Assembly (NCBI RefSeq): GCF_018977255.1
Contig: NW_024704742.1
Location: 83,888,001 to 83,952,000 of the forward strand
From: Callorhinchus milii
Taxonomy: Eukaryota
Length of the DNA stretch: 64,000 nucleotides
Direction of reading: 5' to 3'
A program made the position numbers and the translations under genes. The notes below the pieces were generated by a model. That model did not search any database and was not told the origin of the DNA. It saw only the letters and a list, made by a program, of their open reading frames with translations. Below, piece after piece: positions 1 to 11,900 of the stretch (position 1 is the stretch's first letter; each line of letters starts with the position of its first letter).

Positions 1-413
1 GCAATACTGCAAATAGTTGGGTTCACGTCACAAGAGAGGTTTGGATAAGAAGGCCCTTCAGAATACCCACCCTATGTCGTCTTGTTACAGGAGAGGCCCC
101 CGTACCCCCACCCCCATGTCCTCAGCCCGTGTCCTCAGCCCCGTGCCTTGTGCTCCCTAGACCCAGCATTGTGCACCCCATTACCCTGTGCAGCGAGCAC
201 CACAGACTTCGAAACTACACTTTCTGATAGTCTGTTACAGTCATTCCTGCTCTAATTGCACAACTATATACCTGTGAAGCCCAAGCATATTGTGGTGGCT
301 GGAATGATACACACTCCTCCAGGTTCAGCCAAACCAGAGGACTCTACTGGAGATCTGGAAAGAAGTGATTTGGCAGAGTAGCTTAACATCCTGTTTGCTT
401 TGTTTAAAAGTGT

Positions 414-890
414 CAGTCTGGCTTAGTTGGAAGCACTCTCGTTTCTGAGTCCGAAGGTTATGAGTTCAAGTAACCATATTGGGAACATAAGCTCATATTC
501 TAAACCAGAGTTGGCCAACTTGTGGCCTTTGAGCTGCATTACTCATGCGTAAAATAGTTATGTGAGTGTCTGAGGTCTTCGGGCTGCAAGTTGGCCATCC
601 CTGTTCTAAGATGACTCTTCAATGCTAAATAGAGGTCCCGTCTATCTGTTCAGGTAGATGTTCAAGATTCCATAGACCATCCCATTCAAAAAGAGAAGGG
701 AGGTTCTCCTTGTGTCCTGGCTAACAATCTCCCAGGTAAAATTGGGCATTGACTTCATGCCTGTTTGTGGGTCATTGCTGGGTGTAAATTGGCTGCCACA
801 TTTGCCTACAAATAAACGTTTACTACATTTTAAAATGAATTCTGTGAAGCCTTAGATCTTTTGATGATGTGATAAGGTGCCATTTATAAG
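414..890 (+). mobile_element. Old Deu-core SINE (SacSINE1/AmnSINE-like), interrupted by a MITE
   Basis: tRNA-like head ggcttagttggaagcactctc...gagttcaag; core ctgttcaggtagatg, gtttgtggg...aaattggctgcc; L2-like tail. Confidence 0.65.
506..603. mobile_element. hAT (Charlie-like) MITE, 98 bp
   Basis: TIRs cagagttggccaacttgtggcc and ggctgcaagttggccatccctg (18/22 match); 8-bp flanks ttctaaac and ttctaaga. Confidence 0.75.
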
Positions 891-1477
891 CTCTTTCTGT
901 TACGCGCTCAATTTTTCTGCTTAAAATTTTCTTGTTGGTTTGTATCTCACCTTATTACCTTCAGTAATTGCATTAAATATACACAATGGGGTTCTCTGGT
1001 TTAATGAAAAATATAACACTGATGCATTACGGCTTCTGTGTATTTGATAGATATATTCTGTGTATGTGCATTATATACTTTATTTCTAAACTACTGAGCT
1101 TTGTTTTGTATCTTCTAAATAATTCCACTGTGGCAGTTTTCATTCATAAGTAGGCAGGCAAATGTAATTTTTTAAAACTCGCTTTGGGAGTGTAATCCGA
1201 ATACTGATCAAATATTGTTGCCGCGAGCGAATATTGCTTTGAATTCCTTAAGGGATTGCACATCCAAGTGTAATACAAATCCTCAATGTTATCTTGATGG
1301 AAATGCAAAATGGTATGTAGGTTAGGAACCAGGAGTTTTTTAAAAATCCTTAGAATCTTTAGTTTGTATTTTCACTCCTTGACCAGTAAGTGAAATGATT
1401 GTAAGAAACTTGTTTTGTAGATGAGTAGCAATCTCCATTAGTTTATTTATATAATGTGGGTGTTTCTGCATTTCTAG

Positions 1478-2916
1478 ATTACGTGAACAAGAAAGGAAGG
1501 AGGCAGAAGAGGCTGTCCAAAAGGAGATAGAAGAATGGGAAAAGAACCTGCGAGCCCAGGCTGAGCCCAATCGCATGGAAACACTATGGGAAATCCCATC
1601 CATTGGTCATTTCCTTTGTTTGGCTCAGCAGATCCTTAATTTACCCGAAATTGTTTATTTTGATCTTGAACGCTGCCTTCTACTGCCACAGTGCAGTTCT
1701 TTCCTTGCTAAGATAATGACGTCTTTACTGGGCCCTCACCATCGCCGAGCAACTTTACACCGGAGGCCACCTTTGTCTTACAAAATGTGGGAGGTGGCTC
1801 TGAAACAAAGAGTCCAACATTGGTATGTAATGGTTAGCCATGCAGAAAATCCCAATCTGCAGGCTGAGAAACTTGGCCTTAGTCCTCAGTTTTTTCAGGT
1901 CCTTGGAGAAACTAGTCCTTTGGAGGTCAAAGCTTTCCACGAGCTAAACTTTTACAAGCGTGTTTGGTTGCTAAAGGGCTTGAGTGATTATGTGTATGAA
2001 ACCCAGAAAGAGGTACAAGATGCAGTTTTAGGCCAGCCCATCCATGAATGCAGGGAGGTGGTGCTTGGGTATGATTCTCACGAGAATGCCTATGTCCATT
2101 TCCCACAGTTCTGTGGTGCAGACTTGAGAATTTACAAACAATCTCCTCTTCCACCCCCACAATTTCCTATTCCGCCTATCAAAATATACAGGACGTCACA
2201 ATGGGCATCGGGGGAAGTCAAAAGTGGTGTGCTGTCACAATGCCACCCAAAAGATGTCAAAAAGGAGGCCCGAAATACTTCTCCTGGCAAAAGAACACAT
2301 TGCTGTAAGAAAGCCAATAAAGGTGTTACCTCCAGTGATAGAGAAGATTTCAGTGTAAAGGTGGAATCTGACACCCAGTTTGTTTCTCAAGAAGGTAAAG
2401 AAGAAATAAAATTAAACTGTGAATGTAAAAACCATAGAACTTCTGGTGTGAAGAAGGAAAATGGTGGCTCTTGTAAGGAAAACGTGGTGAAACCTGCAAG
2501 TCCTGGAGAAGTTCTAGGATACGGAGAGCCTCTCAGCCCAGGAGAGATTAGGATAACGGAGAATGGGGAATTCTGCACTGATGACCCCGGACTAAGGAAA
2601 GGTATGAGACCATTGAAAGAAAAAGCAATCAAAAGCTGCAAAGCGCTTGTTAATGGAAGCCATACTGAAATTCTTGATGTAAGCTGCCTGGTTGGTAAAA
2701 TAAATAATATTTCCACAAAACATTTCTTGGGAAAAACCGAGGATCTTGATATGGTAAAACTGCATGTGAAGAAAAAGAAGAAGAAGAAAAAGAAACTGAA
2801 AGATTCACAGTCAAGGTCAGGCATGGTTTGTCAAAATCCATCAAAGATTCAGAAGTCAGGAATCAAGAATAAGTCGTTACTGATAAAGAAAACAAAACAC
2901 AAAAAGCACAAATCTG
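1478..2916 (+). CDS. KIAA2026: KIAA2026 large internal exon (DDT/WHIM-like region and basic Lys-rich stretch)
   Basis: Acceptor tttctag|ATTACGT, donor TCTG|gttagt; contains the 448-aa ORF. Confidence 0.92.
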
Positions 2917-5900
2917 GTTAGTGATATCTCTTTTTCCCCTTTAAGATACTTTCTTTTCCAAAAGTAAATTAAATTAACAAATTTAAATAGTTTGAAGTAT
3001 TTTTATTAAAAAAACTTGAATGCCTGGCAAATGAGTCTGGTGCATTCGTTGTCTGCAACTGCGCCTATCTTTCATATAAATTGCGCAGGTAAAGAATATA
3101 GATATAGAGGACAGACCATTGAATTTGATATTTATTTAGATATTCATTTGAGTTGCCCCAGCAGTGCATACATTACACCTGCGAATCCACGTTGATCTTT
3201 AACAAATGATGTATGTCTCTGTGAATTATTGCATAGATAAATGAATAATTCATATTAAAATTGACTGATTCAGCTTGAAACGGAGACCTGGTTAAGATGA
3301 CATCACTGGAATTTGCATTGCTTAAAGTTAGTGTCCAGTCGAGCCTTTTTGGTGTTTTGCAGTGGCTATTATTGCTGCGGCAGTAAAGTGCAGGTGCTGA
3401 TACTCAATCGCTAAGTTTTCACTTTGCAGACTTTCATTCCGCACTTCTGAATGGGCGGAGGAGAGGGCGGGTGTGTTCAGTTCAGTGCATTCCAAAGAAC
3501 GTTTCATCATCCAAGTAACACTTACAATAGTAATAATAATGAAAATAATACAAGTAGCGAGATAATGTCAATGTATCACGTAAACATCAGAGACTTGTAT
3601 TTGCAGTCACACCAAACGATGACATTGAAAATTGGAAGATGTGCCTGAATATCAGATGACTTTGCTCCTGACCATTGCTCGTATTTCAATACCAGCCCAG
3701 TGATTAGCAAAGCATATGTCAGAAATATTTGCGCTGATCTCATTTTCACTACAGTGGAAATGTTACTGGTTGCAGCATAATGGATAGAGCTTGGGAGATA
3801 AATGAGTCAGCCAGGGTTCCCACACTTCATTGCTACCTGTTGCGTATTTTTTACCTCAGAAACTGCAGTGCATACATCTGTTTGTAGACATCTGGAAATA
3901 ACTGTGTCGAGCTCAATTGTGGTGGAATAACTTATTGACATTATCAAGGATTATACTTGAAGAATGGCCACTTGTTTCAGATACTGAAGTACTAACGGCA
4001 AGCATGAAATAGTAGTACAAGTCCTGTTCCCACACTTTTTTTCCTGCTTCAGTGTACTAACCAATAACTAAAACACGTGTAAGAATGATGAAAATTGTAT
4101 TTAGAAGTGCTTAATTGTATTCAGTACAAATGTTTAACTGTATTTAGACGTCCAGAGAATCGATGTATGTGAGCGCCATCATTTTAATGGCAGATAATGA
4201 TCCGCCACCTTGTTCAGTGCAACATCTTCCATAGCATGGATGGAGTGACAAGTGAAATGCATCTTTAACAGCTTGCTTCAGCTTCTCCGTAGTCTCATAT
4301 CACTTTTTTGTAATGGCATAAGAGGACTTTGTGGACACCTTATATATCAGCATCAGACAGAAAGTGAGAAAATGGGAGGGGGAATTCCTTAGGATAAAGC
4401 AGTATTAGATAACTAGGAAATTCAATATATTTCAAATATTTAAGCACATTACATGTGATTTGCAGGCCTACTTAATGCTGTAGTGATTTGTTAGAGAAAT
4501 TTTGGATCAGTGGTGCTGAAGCAAAGTCATATTTGTATGAAAATCACTTTAAATGGTCTAGAGGCAGGAAATAACATAGCTCCCATTAGTAAACTGACAT
4601 ATTTGTCAGGTAGAAACGTTTTTGCTTTATAAGATTGAACAGCAGATGGACAACAAATGTTTTCTTAAATGTTCAAACCATTTTTTTCTATTGTCAGTTA
4701 AATAATCAGACTTTTAGTAGTGTAGTTACAGTAATGTTTTAGTGTGGCTCTTGATTTTCAGCTATTCACATGAGGTGCCAAAGATATAGGGGTATTTCCA
4801 GCGCCTTGGGTCATCCTCCCAATGTGAGAGGCCCTGTATAAATGCAACTTTGTTGTTGTTTTGTAAATTCCAGGGTGGAAACACAAAAGCAGATGAACTG
4901 TTTTAGTTGTAAACTAAATAACCTGGTCATTAATCAGGTATTTTTGTATAGAACAACCTTGAACAGAATGTACAGTAATAAAAATAAATGCAGAGTTTAA
5001 GTTGGGCAATAAAGAGATCTAATTCTGCAGTGTTCATTTTAACCCAGCAGGTGGCAAAATAGTCCATCTGCATGTGTGACTAGGGCATCAGAGGATGTGT
5101 ATTGAGTACTGCACTTTCTATTGCTTCCCTGTTTTCCTTTACAGTGAAAATACTTGTTTGAAGTTGATTAAATTTGTTTTTATAAATTAAAACAAAACAG
5201 AGTTACATAGTATGATACGGCAAAGAACCAGGCAGTTAATATTTTTGGCCAGCTGCATGTCCAGACGTTATGAAAGATACTAATAGCAGTCACCAGTACA
5301 AACTGCAGACTATTCAGCAAGGCTGACACTCCAGTGCAATGCTGGAGGGCATGCTGCATTGTTGGAGGTGCCGTCCTTCAGATGAGACATTAAACCGAGG
5401 TCTTGCATGCCTGTTCAGGTAGACTTTAAAGAATCCATGGCACTATTCGAAAAGAGAATCGAGTTTCTCCTGCTGTCCTGGTATTCTTTTCATTTCATGG
5501 CTGTTTGTAGCACATTGCTGTGAGCATATTAGCTGCTGTGTTCGCCTACTAAATGCAGTCACAACACTTCACAGTATATCTTGTGAAACAATTTGAGATG
5601 TCCTGACATGAAACGCAGTATATCAAATGACAAGATTTTTATTATTATTTACTCATTCTTATGGCTTTGATATCAACATCTGGGGATGAATTATTGCCAC
5701 CATTTGATTCTTATATAGGAACATCTTCGCCTTCATCTTTCCTCCGTCCACTGCTATAAGAAAGCCACCCCCTGCTCCCATTCCCACACAGCTGTCGTCT
5801 GCCCTGCTGCTGCTTCTCACTCCTCTCCTCCGATCGCTACCTCATGTTGAAAAGTACATTATAAATGCAAGTTGTTGTTGTTGCAAACCTGTGTTATCAA

Positions 5901-8900
5901 TCTTCGGCACGATACTCTCCTTTCCTAAACATTGTCACTACCCACCTTGTTGAAAATAAACTCTTCACTTGAGTTCTGACGAAGGGTCGTGGACCCGAAA
6001 CATTGACTCACTTTCCTTTCCCCATGGGTGCTGCCTGACCTGCTGAGTTTTCCCAGCTCTCTCTGTTTTTGTTTCAGAGTCCAGCATCTGCAGTATTTTG
6101 TGTTTTCTTCACTTAGAGTCCCATCTCTAATTTGTACTTCTCCAAGGTGCTGGAATGCGTTATCACCTCCAAGTTCCATTCCTTCCTCGCCCATCATTCC
6201 CTATATGAATGCATCACTCTGGCTTCTGGCTTGCCCACAGCACCAAAACAGCCTTGATCAGAGTCGCACACACCATCCTTTCTTATTTGCGGTGATCAGG
6301 ACTACCTCCTTATCCTCCTCAATCTCTCTCCTTTTCACACTGTAGATCACTCCATCCCTCTCCACCATCTCTGCTCCTGGTACATCTTCATAGCTCTGCA
6401 CTTTCTGGTTTAACAATCCCAGTGTTTTAGCTTTGTCTCATTTATTATGGCTTTTCCTCCTGCCCTTGCATTCTCACATGCCCCAGAGTATCCTCTGTCC
6501 CCTTGTTTACCTAATCAACATGCTTCTCCTAGGTGACATTTTCTGCTGCCACTTCCATATTTACATTGGTATCTAACCCTGTCTTTCTGCCTCTACTGGA
6601 CCGCCTGCAGCCTTGCACAGCTTCTCATTTCATCATCTGTGGAGTCCTGTAGCGTAGTGGTCAGCGCTCTCACCTTGCAAGCGAGAGGACCTGGGTTCGA
6701 TTCCCGGGCAGGGAGAAACATTGGGAAAGTTACCTGACTCTACACACCTCTGTTTACCTTGCAGTAAATAGGAACCCGGTTATTAGTCGATTGGCGGATC
6801 GCTTTTCTGGGGGAATAATTCTTTCAAATACAAACCCCAAAAAAAATTTGGTCACTCAATCCACGACTGTTTGTGGGACACTGCTGTGCGCAATTGGCTG
6901 CCGCATTTTGCCCACAAAATATACAGTCAATTCCTTTTACAGTATATTCTGTGAAGTGCTTTGAGATGTCTCAAATACATGATAAGGTATATCAAATGCA
7001 AGGATTATTATTATTAACCTCAACTTCATTACTGTTCTGACAGACTACCTATTTGACGTCCGAGTCCTGGAAAAACCTTAACTTTCTCCAATTAATCATG
7101 CTTTAAGTTGTTCTTCCTATGTGAAAGGCACTATATCAGTGTCCCAAATCTGTCCCCTGAATGTGGACAAGTTCTACCTGACTTCTTGTTCATCTTGGGC
7201 ACATGCAGCGACAATATTAACACTACACGATTAAGTACTCTCTCACAGAGAAATCATAGTTCCGGTCTAACTGAGGCTGTTGTAATTACGAAGACAGAAT
7301 CGGTCGGTGGTTTTCCACTGGATTTTTAATTACAGAGTCCGAAGGTAATCACAGAGATGGTAGGTTTTACAATCAGTGCAAATTGTTTTCTTGTATAAGT
7401 GTTTGTTTCAATCATTTTCTTTTGGAAAATGCACTGTGTGTATCTGTATCATTTAATTAAATTATGCAAACGAGTCTTCATTTTTATGTACGATGGATGC
7501 CGGAATATTCTAGACATTTTATAATTAGTCTTTCTGGTTGTTAGGAAGTATGTGTGTCTCCATGACCTCACCCCTCCCCATCTCTGCGATTTCTTCAACC
7601 CCACCACCATGGCTTCTCCTTCTGCATAGCCTAATTCATGTCCTCAGTCCTGATCTGAGCTTTCAGCTTATCTCTCTTCCTCTCCAAACCCCTCCCTCTG
7701 GAACTCTATCCTGGAATCCATTCATGTATCCCACTCCCTTTCCACCTTTAAAGCTCAGCTGAAGGCCTGTCTTTCGATCACCTTGACCCCACATCCCCAA
7801 GGTCAGCTTTCCAATCAGCTATGTAAAGCACTTTGAGACATCCTCATATTGTGCAAGGTGTTATATAAATGTAAACTGTTGTTGGAAACTTTGATCCTAT
7901 CATTATATTTACAGGAATAATTTGTGACTAAAAATGTATATCGTAGAAATTGAGAGCTCCGGTTAGCTGAATGTTCTTGCTTTTGTCGATCTTCCCAGGA
8001 AAGAAGCCAGATTCCGAAAAGACGGATGAAAAAAAGAAAAAAGTGATGCCACCACCACTGCCTACAACCCCACAGTTTCAGGTGTGTGTACCAGCAATAA
8101 GAATAATCCACAAATGAATGTTTAAACTTGAAACCTTTAGGGTGTATTTTTGTGGCAATGGAATTAAGTCTCCATGTGACACACCACACCCCAAACGAAA
8201 ACAAATCTTGTTGGCGGGTGAATTACTTTTACTGTACTGGCCTTAAACTGGCCCACACCAATTATTCTGCCTGCAAAATGATGCTGTTGACAGAGAGAAG
8301 GTGTGTGTCTGGGGAGCGCGGGGGAAGAGGTGCATGTGCTTTGAACCTTTGACAAACTCTTAAGAGAGCTCTCAGTGATCTGCTCCCATTATTTAGTTTG
8401 AGAAACTAGGTTCTGCACATCAATTTGCATACTTTTCCAGGCATACAATTTAATTGTGTTTATCAAGGACTGATTGCCCCGCTAGTGTGGATCAAAGCAC
8501 GGGGCAGGGGTTGTAAGGTGAGGCAACTGGGTGAAGTACAATGCTGCACTAATGCCGCATTGAGTCAAATGTTACTTTATCTGCAGCGGCAGACACAAGC
8601 GGACACTGGCAGTAATCACAAATGTAGATTCCTTATATTGAAAACAATACAATCCCAATATGCCTTTGTACATAAATTCTGTATCACTGTCCTGAGCAAT
8701 GATGTCACACCTTTGTTTCCTCAAAAGCTTACTTTCTCATTGTCTTGGTGGTTTTATGCAACATTACATGAAGCTTCAGTTATATAACATCCTTCTTTCC
8801 ACCCCTACCCCAATTTTTGTGGCTGCAGGAATTGATTGCACAAAACCAGGAAAGTATAAGTGTTGATGTGAAAAAGTTTACCTTTCTCCTAATGCGTCAT

Positions 8901-11900
8901 CCATAGAATCCTGCCAACTTTCCGATTCTATGAATTGTGCAGTTCGAGCAAGGCAGAGAGAGAGAGCTGTTGCTTGCTTCACATTAACACTTATTTTCCT
9001 TCCAAAAGACTATTTGCACTGCTCGCTGTCCATCATATCCCTGTTCATATGGATTGACTCCAAACAACATGATTCGCAATTGCATCTTAGACTTTTCTTC
9101 CCATTCGTGCCTGAGAAAATATGCATACAAAATGTTATATCTTTACTGATTATTATTAAAGAAACGAGCAGTGTTTTGGGGTTTGGCTAGGAACTTGATT
9201 ATTCATGGAACAATAACAAAATTAAGTATTTTTTCCTATAGCTTGTTTGCACTAGTCTTGATGAACTCAGGGAACTCATTGCCAAAATGGATGTGGAGCT
9301 CAAAGAAATGGAAACTAATAAGAAGAAATCTGTAAGTAGCCAATTTTCCCTGGCCTTAACCATAGGTCAAAACTTTTTCCAAATCTTTTTGAAAGTTCTA
9401 CTTCAAATTAGATTGTGGAAAATGATTTTTTTGTTGTGTGGTCATTGTATTGGAGTGAATCGTATAAGTAGGTCAGCGTGAGATTTAAAAATTCAGTTGT
9501 GCCATGCAACATATTTCTCCGAATAATTTTCCATTTAATTCCAAATCCGTTGTGGATGTTATTAGAGACAGCCAAAACTGTGTTACATGCAAATAATAGT
9601 ATTAACTCGAGTGGACGTTTTCAAGATCCACAAATCCTTTGTTGTGCCACTCCACTTTAAAATATATCCTGTGCAATGCTTTAGGACATCCTCCTAATCT
9701 GAAAAACGTTATATCAAATGTAAGGATTATTTATGATTATTATTAATTTCCATGAGCACTGGTACTGTATCAAACCCAGAATATCCTTTGCGTGTTGATT
9801 ACGAACTTCAGTTGTAGCACTTAAAGATAACTTTGTGTGTAACTTTTGTAACTTCATATATAAAGCACCGTTTTTCTGCATGTTGTCTTCTGTTTTCATT
9901 GTGATAAATTATTTCTGTTGTACTATATGAATTAAATCAGGGTTTTCTATGTATCCTTGGTAACTAAGTCGACACATAAATGTTCTGCATTTTGAATCAC
10001 AGTGAATGCAATTGGCCTTTCACTCTTTGAGATTGATAAAATGAATACAAGTTGAAGCTGCTCTGGCCAAGTTTATGCGAATTTAGGCCAAGACCTTTAT
10101 CCATTAGGCCTCTGGAGAAGTTCTTGCAAATGTTTCATGCATAGTTCTATTTTGAATAACAAAGTCTTGTGTACAGTACCACAGATTATTGAGAGTCAAA
10201 CTTAGTAACAACGCAGCACTTTCATAGACATCTGCAGGTACATAGATGACCAAACTTGGGAGTCGGCTGTAATTGTGATGGAATGCTATATTCTGATCAG
10301 TTGTTGGTATTACTTTGTTGGTATATACAGATATTGTTTGTTTTTATTTTTGTTTTTAAACCACAGGAGAAATGGTTTTACCGAAGACAAGCTGTAAAAG
10401 AGCTACATAATACATTGGGACGATTGTTAAATGAATTGTTGCCGTGGGAACAAAAGTTGATCAAGGCATACCTGAGAAATAGGTAATCAGTTTACAAGGC
10501 TGTTTTTCCTTTTACCTCAGATGTGATACGGTTCCACGGCCGCCCCTCTAGTACCTCGTTCAAGTGATCATTCTTCATTGGTGAACCTACAACAACAAAC
10601 AACAAAATTACATTTGTAAAGTGCCTTTCAAGTCGGGAGGAGGTCCCAAGAAACTTAGTTAGCGAGTGTGGATGGGCTTTTAAACAATGGGCACGACAGC
10701 CAGCCTAAACCATTTTCCGCAAGCACACTTTTTAGCAGAAAACAGTGGTTCATGCGTTGGTGTTTTATCCACTGAGCCATTGATGTTTTTAAGCATGACA
10801 ATACTTAGCAAGGAAAAAGTATATGATGAGAAGCTTGTTTAGGCCTATGAATAAAATACCTACACCAGACTTAAGTATTTCTATTTATTGAATGTGTGAT
10901 TATTTGTGGAAAATAGACTTTTTGTGGTATTTAATATACTTGAGCTAAAAAAAAATTTGATAAGGTGAGAAACAATTTCAGGAGGTGCTTTATTTAAAAT
11001 CCACTTAATTTAAAAATAGCAATTTTCATTTGGGATGTTGGCACCTCAGTCCTAACGTTCAAGCATTGCCTGCAAAATGCAGTCACAACACTTTGCAGTA
11101 TATCCTGTGAAGTGCTTTGAAGACATTCTCTAATGTGAAAGCCGTTATATCAAATGCAAGGATTATTAACAATGATAAGTAGCAATAGTTTCCAGTGTGC
11201 TATTCAGGTGGTATCTGGCAGGCAGTGAGCATTGCATAGGTGTTAAATAGAGGCTCACTATTGGAATGAGATGATTAGTCCGTTGGCATAACCAACCAGG
11301 TAAAGTGATCAGAACTCTTGCGAGTTTTCCCCTGTATATCTTTTGTTTGAATCAAGATGATATAATTGAAGAATGACTTTGGGGAACTAATGAGCTAAGA
11401 ACTATGAGGGAATTGAATCACGGTACACACAGCTGAAACTGCCAGTTGTTAATGGTAACAATTTGATGTTAGTTCAGCTCCTTTATGCTATTGTCAGCAA
11501 ATTCTCTGAATCATTACCCTAATGGTAAAAGCACGTGTTGTTCAAATAATAATACTCCCATTACAAAGAATTTCAATCATTCAAGTTTATCATATTCTTT
11601 ATAAACACTTGTTTTTAATCAAACCAAATGAGGAGTTTAATAGAGATCTGCATCTTGGCAGGAGAAAAACAGGTGGTAGTATTGGGTGTACAGGAGGACT
11701 GAGTTAGAGTGGGATTAGGGAATAGAAATTAACCCAGTACAACACATTAGGTGAATTTGACTGAATGCTTAATAGGTTAACAGATCATACTTCAAGAGCA
11801 ATATAAAGTCTTTGTGTATACTGCCAGTCAGGAATCAACTTGCACAAATAACAGGATTTATAAATGATTTCTTTCTTTTCTAGGGCTCGAATGAAGAAAG

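Noticed and set aside
1575..2921. 448-aa ORF (and the 1231-aa ORF at 12454) as stand-alone genes
   Set aside because: Both are exons of KIAA2026; their frames open upstream to splice acceptors
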